This document shows positions 40,070 to 48,737 of a stretch of DNA of 64,000 nt, piece by piece. Position numbers and translations under genes: made by a program. The notes under the pieces were generated by a model. It made no database searches. It saw nothing but the letters and a program-made list of their open reading frames with translations, and was not told the origin of the DNA. Origin of the DNA: Halobacteriales archaeon (GTDB lineage Archaea; Halobacteriota; Halobacteria; Halobacteriales; SKNY01); the NCBI GenBank assembly GCA_007118975.1, contig SKQO01000020.1, positions 11,569 through 75,568 of the forward strand, in the 5' to 3' direction. The stretch's first letter is position 1. Every line of letters begins with the position of its first letter.

Positions 40070-40279
40070 GAGTTGCTCCAGGAACTGCACTGACCGCAGG
40101 AGAGTCCCGATGGTCCCCACCGGGGCACTACCGCAATCCCGAGCCGTCCGAACGACGGCGAGTCAGATTTGCGGCCGTGCCGTTCCTACCGGTCCGTTTC
40201 AGCGGCGCGAGGTAAAACGTTACGACTGGTCTGCCGAGCCGGTAAAGCGATACGTCCTCGCCCGCGAGCGACGGCTCAC

Positions 40280-41218
40280 ATGCCGAACGTGGTGACGGCG
40301 GGCGAGTTGTTGGTCGAAATCATGCGACCAGAAGCCGACATGCCGCTGGACGAGCGCGGGCCGTTCGTCGGCCCCTACCCGAGTGGTGCCCCGGCGATTT
40401 TCGTCGATACCGTCCAGCGACTGGGGGTGGAGGCCGGGATCGTCGGGACGGTCGGCGACGATGCGTTCGGGCGTGTCGTGCGTGAACGACTCGCGACCGA
40501 CGGCGTGGACGTGGGGCAAATCGAGGTGTCGCCGGATCATACGACGGGGACCGCGTTCGTGAGCTATACCGCGGACGGGGACCGCGACTTCTTGTTTCAC
40601 GTTGGCGAGGCAGCGGCCGGCCAGCTTACCCCGGACCGTATCGACGATGCGTTGCTCGCGGACTGTGCCGCCGTGCACGTGAGTGGTTCCGCGGTCGCGA
40701 TGAACGCTGCCGGTGCCGCGTGCTGTCGAAGGCTCGTGGAAACGGCGAGTGCAAACGGAATGATCGTCTCCTTCGACCCAAACGTCCGCCCCTCGCTCGT
40801 GGACGAAGGGACGACCGGGCATTTCGAGTGGCTCCTAGATCGGAGCGATATCGTCACGCCGACGCCGGCCGAACTTGCGGCGCTCGTCCCGGAGCAAGCG
40901 TCGACACGGGCACGAGTGCGGTCACTGCTCGAATCGGGCTGTGAGCTCGTCGCGCTAACCCGGGGCGCCGACGGGTGTATCGTGACGACGGCAACGGAGA
41001 CCGTGGACGCAGCCGGATTCAGCGTCGATGCCGTGGATCCGACGGGTGCCGGGGATGCCTTCGCCGCCGGGTTGCTGGTGGCGACGCTCGAGGGCATGCC
41101 ACTCGACGAGCGGGCCACGTTTGCGAATGCGGCAGGTGCTTGCGCCACTACCGCGCTAGGGCCGATGGAAGGTGTGCCGATGCGGGCGGACGTCGATGCA
41201 ATGTGCGATGACGGATAG
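40280..41218 (+). CDS. PfkB-family sugar kinase (KDG kinase/ribokinase-like)
   Basis: It has 'DPTGAGDAFAAGLL' and an N-terminal 'VVTAGELLVEI'. ATG 40280 was chosen. Confidence 0.85.
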   Translation: MPNVVTAGELLVEIMRPEADMPLDERGPFVGPYPSGAPAIFVDTVQRLGVEAGIVGTVGDDAFGRVVRERLATDGVDVGQIEVSPDHTTGTAFVSYTADGDRDFLFHVGEAAAGQLTPDRIDDALLADCAAVHVSGSAVAMNAAGAACCRRLVETASANGMIVSFDPNVRPSLVDEGTTGHFEWLLDRSDIVTPTPAELAALVPEQASTRARVRSLLESGCELVALTRGADGCIVTTATETVDAAGFSVDAVDPTGAGDAFAAGLLVATLEGMPLDERATFANAAGACATTALGPMEGVPMRADVDAMCDDG

Positions 41219-42134
41219 GTTCTCGAACGGTGGTTCGGGACCGATCTCGACGTGACACGCCTCTTCGCAATGGTGTTAACTGGGACTGGGCACACATTCA
41301 CAGGCTTCAGACACAGCTGTCACTTGCACGGATCTTCCAGAACGTCATCATGGAGAGATGGGTTTCGCCAGCGCCACTGGCGAGAATCCGGAGGTGCGTT
41401 TGCCAGCACCATAGCCCTGCTGTCGACACGGTCGCTCGATCCAACGTTGATATTTTATCGATGATCGAACCCAACCCGAACGTGAGGCTGCGACGGCCAT
41501 ATCACGCCATCGTCACCGGAAACGACGCGCCCGACGAATTCGTCAGCTTCACCACCATCCATAACACACCTACTGCAGGTCGAGCAGCGTCACCGGGGAT
41601 CGGAGCGCCGAACGAGACCCCGCCGGTAATGAGCGACGCGACCAGGAAGCGGGTCCCGCAGTGTACGAGGAACTTTCGAGTCAAGGCGCAATCCTTGCCC
41701 CGGTCACCCGGCAACGACGCCAGCGGACGGCGGTAGCCGATCTCCTGTTCGGCATCTTCGTCGTCTGGACCACCCTCTGTGCGTTCGCGCTGTTCGTGCT
41801 GTGGCTCGCGACTCGGTGAGCGCACGAGGATTCCTCAAACGTAGCGTTTCGCGACGCAGTGATGTGCGGGCAGCATGTGCGCAGACCGGGTCGTATCGCT
41901 CGAACTGGGAGGTCGACCTGTGATCGACGGGTTCGGAGTGGGACGAGGGCGTCGCCCTCGATTTGTTGACCGATTCTCCGTAAGTCCACGGTGATCGAAC
42001 GGCTCTCCGGTCAGGACAACCGATCGAGATCATGGAAACCGATGCACAAGCTGCGACCGGATCGCAACAGAGACCGTACCGGGACCCGCCCGCTAGCCGA
42101 AACGGCTAACAGGCAGTCGCTAATCGGGATTGGC

Positions 42135-42932
42135 ATGGTCGACTTACACGTCACGAAGTGGAGCGTGTTTCCAGATGCGGACGAGCCAGCGTTCGTCGAA
42201 CGCACCGCCGCTGCCGGCGCGGAAGCGATCGAGTATCTCGGCTGGCGCGATGCGGATATCGATACTCTCGTCGATGCGTGCGAGGATCACGGTATCCGGT
42301 GGGCGAGTACCGGGGCCGGGGGAACGGCTGGTAATACCGGCAACCGCGAGGCGCCGGCGATAACGAATCCAGCGGATCACGACGACGCCGTCGCTTCTAT
42401 CGAGGAAACCTGCGAGGCGGTGGGCGAGTACGTCGACAACGTGGTGATCACGGTCGGTCCCGATCACGAGGGGCTGGACGTGGCCACCCAACAGACAGCG
42501 ATCGTGTCGGTACTCCGAGAGGCCGCGCCGGCCGCGGCCGCCGTCGATGCAACCCTTGTTGTGGAGCCGTTGAACACCCGCGTCGACCATCCCGGGTATT
42601 TTCTGACGTCGACGGATCAGGGAGTCGCAATCGTGGATGCGGTCGATCATCCCAACGTTCGCTTGCTCTATGACATCTATCACCAACAGATCACGGAGGG
42701 CGATCTGATCTCCCGAATCCGGACGTTCGCCGATTACATCGGGATGTACCACCTCGCCGACGTCCCGGGCCGCCACGATCCCGGCACGGGAGAAATCAAC
42801 TGGGAGAACGTCTTTCGGGCGATCGACGAAACCGGCTACGACGGGACGGCGGGCCTCGAATACGTCCCACAGGACGATTCCGACGAGAGCGTCCGGTCCG
42901 TGGTTGCGCTGCGGGATCGAGCCCGAACGTAG
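42135..42932 (+). CDS. xylose-isomerase-like TIM-barrel protein (hydroxypyruvate isomerase family)
   Basis: 'LVVEPLN...DHPGYFL', 'LLYDIYHQQI' and 'HLADVPGRHDPGTGEINW' are typical of the Hyi/IolE-like family. ATG 42135 was chosen. Confidence 0.8.
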   Translation: MVDLHVTKWSVFPDADEPAFVERTAAAGAEAIEYLGWRDADIDTLVDACEDHGIRWASTGAGGTAGNTGNREAPAITNPADHDDAVASIEETCEAVGEYVDNVVITVGPDHEGLDVATQQTAIVSVLREAAPAAAAVDATLVVEPLNTRVDHPGYFLTSTDQGVAIVDAVDHPNVRLLYDIYHQQITEGDLISRIRTFADYIGMYHLADVPGRHDPGTGEINWENVFRAIDETGYDGTAGLEYVPQDDSDESVRSVVALRDRART

Positions 42933-43041
42933 TGTGTGGTAACGCGTTCGTGGAAATGTTCACGTGCGGTACGTAGTGAGAATATCATGGATGTCCGGCG
43001 GTCGACGGCTCACTTCCGTGTCTCGTGATGCCGCAATCACC

Positions 43042-43440
43042 TCAGCATAGCGGCTGGTTGGTCGGCATCAGTGCCTCGATGTCGTCGTCCCGCACTACGA
43101 AGTCGAGCTGGAGACAACGCCGCTCAGTCCCCTGACCCAGAAGCGAACCGGAAACCTGTTTATCACCTGCAACGACGTGATACCCCGTCCACTCCGGGTC
43201 CGTCTTCGGTTCGAGGTAAAGCGTGCGGTCCGTACCGGGCGCGAGATTGAGCGCCTGCCACTCCCCGAGTCCCGCGGAGCCATCCAGGACGAAATGGAAG
43301 GTAAGGCCATCATTCGTATCGTTGCCGACCCCCACGTGCACCTCCTCGAGTGACTCGCCTGCGTCCTCTTCGCTACAGCCTGCGACGGCCAGCGCCACCG
43401 CGGGCGCCAGCCAAACAAACTGCCGACGCGTTGAGGTCAT
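43042..43440 (-). CDS. secreted lipoprotein, function unknown
   Basis: It has a Tat-like signal plus lipobox 'MTSTRRQFVWLAPAVALAVAGCSEED'. Confidence 0.6.
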   Translation of the reverse strand: MTSTRRQFVWLAPAVALAVAGCSEEDAGESLEEVHVGVGNDTNDGLTFHFVLDGSAGLGEWQALNLAPGTDRTLYLEPKTDPEWTGYHVVAGDKQVSGSLLGQGTERRCLQLDFVVRDDDIEALMPTNQPLC

Positions 43441-43545
43441 ACCGGACCTGCTACCGCACGCATACAAGAACTGACTGGTTTCGAGTGCGACACGTGCTCA
43501 TTGACGGGAAACCAGGTAGCCTGTGAGTCAGCACCGGGAGTTCAC

Positions 43546-44163
43546 TCAACGACGAGCGTCCAACCACCTGCCTCCTATGTACCCCATCGTGGCGAACACT
43601 ATCGGATAGAGGAGGCCCATCAACACGAGCGCATATCCCAGATCTGGACGGAGCGTGTGTGTTGGGTCGGCGCCGATCGGTTGGACCGTGACGCTCACCG
43701 CGAAGGTCCCAACCAGTGCGATCAACCCGTATCCGAGCGAGATCGACAGGCCAGCGATTCCGATTTCCTGGACGGCCGATGCCGAAGATTCGCGCTGTGT
43801 TGCCATCGCCATCCCCGCCAGGACGAGCATCCCGATCGGTACCAGGAAAAACGAGAGCGCGATCGGATCGTCAACCTGCGGCGATACAACGCGAAGGTTT
43901 TCACCGAAGACGCGTCCATTACCCCCGCTCAAGCCGACGAAATGAGCGCTGTAAAACAACCAGCCGGTGAAATCGCTCGAGGAAACGAAGATCGTGTCCG
44001 CGAAAAAGTGAGGATGGACCTGCCAGATCGTGTAGACGATACGGAGTAGCCAGGTGAGCAACAGCCCACCAAACAGCGCAATCGCGCCGACAATCGTCCC
44101 CCGGATCGCTATTCTGTGCATCCGTTGGGAGTGGTCGATGTTCGTCCGTAAGAAATTTATCAT
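43546..44163 (-). CDS. polytopic membrane protein, function unknown
   Basis: 205 aa with about 5-6 hydrophobic segments. No family recognised. Confidence 0.55.
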   Translation of the reverse strand: MINFLRTNIDHSQRMHRIAIRGTIVGAIALFGGLLLTWLLRIVYTIWQVHPHFFADTIFVSSSDFTGWLFYSAHFVGLSGGNGRVFGENLRVVSPQVDDPIALSFFLVPIGMLVLAGMAMATQRESSASAVQEIGIAGLSISLGYGLIALVGTFAVSVTVQPIGADPTHTLRPDLGYALVLMGLLYPIVFATMGYIGGRWLDARR

Positions 44164-44603
44164 CGTGCGTGTCCTGTCTGTTTTCTTGCCATGAACGGTG
44201 AATCCGGTTGGTTGCGTCTCAAATCGCAGTAGGACGACCGCAAAGTGCTAATAGCAATCGTCAGTAGCGATGGGTGTATTTCGACGCAACACTGATAAAA
44301 ACCCGGGGAGAACTACTGGCTGCCCGGGTGCGTTCGCCCCAATTTGCGGTCCAACATGGTACATCCGGGCACTGTCCAAACGCCGAAAGCCGTGGGGGCT
44401 TTGCCCCCGTCGGCTCGCGAGGGGGAGCATCATTGATCCGGGGCGCTCCACGGCGGGTTCAACTGCTTGGTGACAATTTTGTGTGCCGAGGCCGCCGAGT
44501 GTTCGATCTTGATGGCAACGGAGGTGCGAACCCCTCGTCGCTTGGAAGCGGGAATCGAAGCAGTCGCTCCCGAGCACCGTCACGCGAGTGGCGAAACACC
44601 ACA

Positions 44604-44837
44604 TCAGTCCGCATGTGGACGAAGGATGAAGTACGCCAACACGGCGAACAGGCCGGGCATCAGCCCGAGGACGAACAGCATTGCGGTCCCGGCTCCCCAC
44701 TGCCATGCCCACGGACTTTCTCGCTGTTTTGCGTCGCGGTAGATCCACCGCCCGACCACGATGCCGACGATCGTCAGCAACACAAGCAGGATACCGAGCT
44801 CCGCCGCGCCTGGAGGTCCCATTGAACTCACGACCAT
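44604..44837 (-). CDS. small two-TM membrane protein
   Basis: 77 aa, with two hydrophobic helices flanking 'WIYRDAKQRESPWAW'. Confidence 0.45.
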   Translation of the reverse strand: MVVSSMGPPGAAELGILLVLLTIVGIVVGRWIYRDAKQRESPWAWQWGAGTAMLFVLGLMPGLFAVLAYFILRPHAD

Positions 44838-45011
44838 TACAGGCCGTTCGACGGTCCAGCATATCTCGTTTCTGGGATCCGGGAGCTACCGATCAAGGGA
44901 TCGGGGTCGAAGACAGGTGATGGAATCCACATGTCATCACCATTCGTGGGAAAACAGGGACAGTAGTTAGGCAGCGTCCGCGGATGCGGCCAGGCGGTCC
45001 CGACCGAGACG

Positions 45012-45017
45012 TTTATT
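45012..45017 (+). promoter_or_regulatory. TATA-like box (TTTATT) upstream of tRNA-Ala
   Basis: It is centred about 30 nt upstream of tRNA position 1 (45044). Confidence 0.35.
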
Positions 45018-45043
45018 CGATCCGGCCAAGAACGTCTCCCTAC

Positions 45044-45115
45044 GGGCTCGTAGATCAGCGGTAGATCACTCCCTTGGCATGGGAGAGGCCCCGGGTTCAA
45101 ATCCCGGCGAGTCCA
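45044..45115 (+). tRNA. tRNA-Ala (anticodon GGC)
   Basis: A manual cloverleaf fits. The acceptor GGGCTCG/CGAGTCC includes G3:U70, and the D stem is GATC/GATC. The anticodon stem CTCCC/GGGAG carries loop TTGGCAT. The T arm is CCGGG-TTCAAAT-CCCGG and the discriminator is A. There is no encoded CCA and no intron. Confidence 0.93.
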
Positions 45116-45121
45116 TTTTTT
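45116..45121 (+). terminator. T6 run immediately after the tRNA
   Basis: 'gtccaTTTTTTcat' is a typical archaeal oligo-T terminator. Confidence 0.45.
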
Positions 45122-45179
45122 CATCTGTTCAAAACCACACTGATCGGGCGATAATTCACGATCAAGGGAAACATTGCCA

Positions 45180-45208
45180 GAGTGTTTAAGAGACAGAATT
45201 AAACACTC
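45180..45208. other. perfect 10-bp inverted repeat (GAGTGTTTAA-N9-TTAAACACTC)
   Basis: Read directly from the sequence, 65 nt downstream of the tRNA. Confidence 0.6.
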
Positions 45209-45388
45209 GGCATTGGCACTCAACTCTGAAGAGAAATTCGGGATTAGCAAATGCAAATTATAATCCAGATGGTATGATGTGTTCAAGGGGCGAACACCTC
45301 ACTAATCGGTCGCTCACCCGATGAAATCAGTTCACTCTACCGTCAGTGATATGGCAAAGCAATACCTGTTCTCCACGTGATTTAATGT

Positions 45389-45877
45389 ATGGTGCAAGCT
45401 GCCAGTGAGTCTAAGCAAGTCGTAGAAGCCTACGCTGGATTGTGGAATAATCAGGAGTATGAAAATATCCCCGATGTGGTGTCTCAGTCCTACGTACTCG
45501 TTGATCCAGTTGCTCCTGCGGAGTTACCAGGACCGGCTGGAGAAATCCATGGTCCCGATGGGTTAGAACAGTATATCAGGGCGGTCATGGGAGCCTTTCC
45601 AGACATGGAAATGACTCTCGACGAAATGGTTGTGCATGAAGGTACGGTGATGACGGAGGAGACGGTGACAGGAACGCATACAGGTGAGCTCTTCGGGCTG
45701 CCACCGACGGATCGGGCGGTCAAGATGAAAGAAATGCAAAAATACCACATCGTGGATGGAAAAGTCGAGTCCCAGACCGTGTATTATAATGTTGAAGAGA
45801 TGAAGGCCCAACTCGGGCTCACGTTTCCCGATATTGTCGGACAATTGCCAAAACTTATCTGGAGAAAGATACGGTGA
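45389..45877 (+). CDS. SnoaL-like / ester cyclase (NTF2-fold) protein
   Basis: 'VVEAYAGLWNN...', 'FPDMEMTLDEMVVHEGTVMTEETVTGTHTGELFGLPPTDRAV' and 'IVDGKV' are characteristic of the predicted ester-cyclase family. Confidence 0.8.
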   Translation: MVQAASESKQVVEAYAGLWNNQEYENIPDVVSQSYVLVDPVAPAELPGPAGEIHGPDGLEQYIRAVMGAFPDMEMTLDEMVVHEGTVMTEETVTGTHTGELFGLPPTDRAVKMKEMQKYHIVDGKVESQTVYYNVEEMKAQLGLTFPDIVGQLPKLIWRKIR

Positions 45878-46232
45878 GGAATTGATCCGCTCGTTGAGGG
45901 GAGTTGTTATTCCTCTGACCCAACCTATTCCCTCGAAAGAGGTTAATGGAGTACCTCTGAGTGATGGCTACGTCGTCTGGAGTGACCGATCTAACGTCCC
46001 TTGGCTCAGGATAGATGTAGAAACATTGCGCCTTAAATGGCTCAAGATCAACGTGACATTTTGGCAGAATCACTCAGATTGACCGCGAGGCTCAGCACCT
46101 CGATGTCTCGCATTCAACTATAGAAGGTTAATTGAGTTCATCATCGGATACAAATTTTGGCTGCCTGATCCAACGCTGAAATGAGATTGCCCAAACTGGG
46201 GGTTGCCATCCGCCCTTCTGATTGCTGCAGAG

Positions 46233-46826
46233 TTATTCTTCCTTAATGCTATTTTCTGGAGAAGAAGATTCCATCATGTCCTTGTTTGAACGGCGCGCCT
46301 CCAGCCTTTCTTTGACCTTGCGATGATCCGCTGATCTCAGTTCCTGAACGGTCGGGTAAGACAGTTGAGTGGCGCGAAAATGGCGTTTCAGGAAGGTTAG
46401 ATAGCTGAGATCGGCCATGTTCTGAAGAGCGTCCCCCGCTTCGCCTGTCACTCGTCGATGGTAAATGTGAGCACCCGTCGCTGATTGGTTTTTCATGATC
46501 GCTTCATCGATCTTTTGGATGCTGTTTTTAGTTTCATCACTCAGTTCCGCATACCTTGGTGCTGCTACGTCAAGCAGCCTTTCACGTAACCGCCAAACTC
46601 GATTTCCCGGATGAGGAAGATCAACCGGATGTATTTCCTTTTTATCTGCGGTTGATGCCGCACGACCGGCCTCCTGCATGGTTTCCTTATCGAGTTCCGC
46701 CAACTGGGCCAAGATAGAAATCAATTCCTCGTGTTGTTGTCTATCATTCCTATAAGACATGAACAGATAAGCGAAAAATGCCCCCATGAAGGCAACAAAA
46801 AGACCCGCAACGAAGGACCAAGTCAT
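46233..46826 (-). CDS. orphan membrane-anchored coiled-coil protein
   Basis: 197 aa. It has an N-terminal TM 'WSFVAGLFVAFMGAFFAYLFMSY' followed by a charged helical region. The ORF is low-G+C and no family was recognised. Confidence 0.5.
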   Translation of the reverse strand: MTWSFVAGLFVAFMGAFFAYLFMSYRNDRQQHEELISILAQLAELDKETMQEAGRAASTADKKEIHPVDLPHPGNRVWRLRERLLDVAAPRYAELSDETKNSIQKIDEAIMKNQSATGAHIYHRRVTGEAGDALQNMADLSYLTFLKRHFRATQLSYPTVQELRSADHRKVKERLEARRSNKDMMESSSPENSIKEE

Positions 46827-46887
46827 ACTCTTTATCCGATACGGGGGAATTTATGACTAACCCTGATCCGTTTGAATGGATGTTTTC

Positions 46888-47199
46888 TCAAAACTGAGAA
46901 TAAAGCATTACCTTCTCAACGAATTCGATTACAAGTCGCCCAGTAAAATTGTCAGACTGGACATTTCGGTTATAGGCGCTCAATGTTTTGTTTGATAACT
47001 CGACCAATTCAGGGGGATCATCTTCTGGAGATCCAGGTTCAAGATAATCGGCGTTGCCAAAGGCCCAGCTTGATGTCGGACGCTCTCGGCGAAGTACACA
47101 CAGCTTTCGTTCATCCGTATTCATCCGATAATTGAGGATGGACTGTGGAAAAATCATGAATATTTGTAACGAATATTGCGCCGGCAAGCTAGTTACCAT
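46888..47199 (-). CDS. orphan ORF (possibly the 3' part of one gene interrupted by an in-frame TAA)
   Basis: 103-aa ORF. Its ATG directly follows, in the same frame, the TAA stop of ORF 47200..47439. Confidence 0.35.
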   Translation of the reverse strand: MVTSLPAQYSLQIFMIFPQSILNYRMNTDERKLCVLRRERPTSSWAFGNADYLEPGSPEDDPPELVELSNKTLSAYNRNVQSDNFTGRLVIEFVEKVMLYSQF

Positions 47200-47439
47200 T
47201 TAACATACTAAAGTTTCGACGGGAACTAGGAAATTGCCCTGACGGTGGCTCGGGGTCGGAGCCGACACCGGGATCACGAACCCGGTGCCACCCGGTTCCT
47301 CGATGACGAGAACCGGCTGGGATTCTCGTACGGATCTGTCGACTTGGCCGGAATCGCTACTGCTTCCAATAATTTTGTCGAGTAGCCCCATCCGGCTATA
47401 GATCATGTGATAATGATTAAAGATTGGTTTGTGATACAA
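47200..47439 (-). CDS. orphan ORF (possibly the 5' part of an interrupted gene)
   Basis: 79 aa ('...MGLLDKIIGSSSDSG...'). It is contiguous and in frame with 46888..47199. Confidence 0.35.
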   Translation of the reverse strand: MYHKPIFNHYHMIYSRMGLLDKIIGSSSDSGQVDRSVRESQPVLVIEEPGGTGFVIPVSAPTPSHRQGNFLVPVETLVC

Positions 47440-47550
47440 TACATATTAATGGAAGTCGGAAAGTGAAAAGCTATGATACTCTCAAATAGAGACAGTGATC
47501 ATCGAGGATATGGATATTTGGCAGACCGTTCTGTTAGTACTTGACAACAA

Positions 47551-48722
47551 ATGTCAGACAGTCCAATCGTCGTAGACCCTGGCCAAGAAAACCGACAGGA
47601 TAAACTCCCCTATCCAATCGTCCAGTATCCGGCGCACTACGGCGTTTTTATCGGGTTCAAACCTGAACCGGACGGCGATCTCCATTTCTGCAGCTGTGCG
47701 AAAGACGCGATCCGGAACTATATCCGGGGTGAAATGGAAAATCCCGCTGTCTCTGGCCGTACACCATTAATTGAGAACATTCTCACTCGGAAATTTCCCG
47801 AGGAAGCCCTCGCCCCGCCCATATCGACAACACGGCGATGGACTGCCCGAGCGATATCGTGGATCAGTTCAACTTTGCCGACGACCTTTGCCACCGCTGC
47901 AACGGTATCGTCCCCGAAAATCGGTACTGCCACGAAATGTACGGCACCGTCTTCATGCAGAAACACGGCTGGTACGTCAACCAGCAACAGTACGAATACG
48001 GTGTCTGCGGCGGCAACGGCTATCTCCACGAGGTCCTCCCCGAGGATATCGCCGACATCACTGATGACGATTTCCGCGCCCGCATAGATCGATACGAACA
48101 GCTCCGGGACAAGAAATGGGACCGGGAACGGGAGATCCGAGAAGAGAAAGAACAGGCGATCGAGGATGTCCGCGTCGAATTAGATACCGAGAATATCGAG
48201 GGAGAGGAGCGATACCGCCGGGTCCAGGAGACCAGAGAACGGTTCGAGGAGATGGACCCGCTGCCGGACGACGAGGCTGAGGAGTTAGAAGAACTGCAGG
48301 AGCAGTTACAGGCCGAGCGCAAGGAGATTATGGACACCATTGAGAACGAGGTGCGACAGGCGTTCGTCCATTACAAGAAAGGAAGCCGGTGGACTAGCGA
48401 AACCATCCTCTACCAACTCGGCGAATCGAACTATACAGCACACACCATCGAACGGCACTATCGCCCCGACATTCTTGATGGGCTGGAGTTGGACATTTTC
48501 CTGCCGGACGCCGAGGTCGGGATCGAATATCAGGGAATTCAGCACTACGAGCCGGTGGACCACTGGGGCGGTGAGGAAGGCCTGGAAGAGCGGCAGAAGC
48601 GGGATGCAAAAAAGAAGCGGCTCTGCGAGGATCACGGCATAGACTTGGTGTGCGTCCGGCACGACCAGGAACTGACTGACAACCTCATCGAACGGAAAAT
48701 CGACCCTTTGATTGAGGAGTGA
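47551..48722 (+). pseudogene. Cys-rich / coiled-coil / PD-(D/E)xK (Vsr/DUF559-like) nuclease gene split by a frameshift near 47810-47835
   Basis: ORF 47551..48087 looks coding up to '...RKFPEEAL'. ORF 47838..48722 is open from 47775. They overlap in different frames at the C-rich 'gccctcgccccgccc'. The C-terminus 'LELDIFLPDAEVGIEYQGIQHYEP...RQKRDAKKKRLCEDHGIDLVCVRHD' fits the D...E-Y-x-G-x-x-H...D..K nuclease fold. Confidence 0.6.
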
Positions 48723-48737
48723 CGGTGGCGCGTGAGG

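Noticed and set aside
41230-41736. 168-aa plus-strand ORF and overlapping minus-strand ORFs (41502..41825, 41681..41989, 41704..42033) in the kinase-isomerase gap.
   Set aside because: They are mutually overlapping, R/P/S-rich, lack motifs and lack the acidic bias typical of the neighbouring real proteins. The region is kept only as a 'gap' observation.
44520-44570. tRNA-like fragment ('GGGAATCGAAGC' / minus 'GCTTCGATTCCCGC') as a relic att site or tRNA pseudogene.
   Set aside because: No complementary T-stem 5' arm or acceptor stem could be paired, and no cloverleaf forms. The similarity is limited to a T-loop-like heptamer.
44837-45286. 149-aa minus-strand ORF spanning the tRNA-Ala gene.
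   Set aside because: It overlaps a well-folding tRNA and its promoter and terminator. It has no coding-like composition and no motif.
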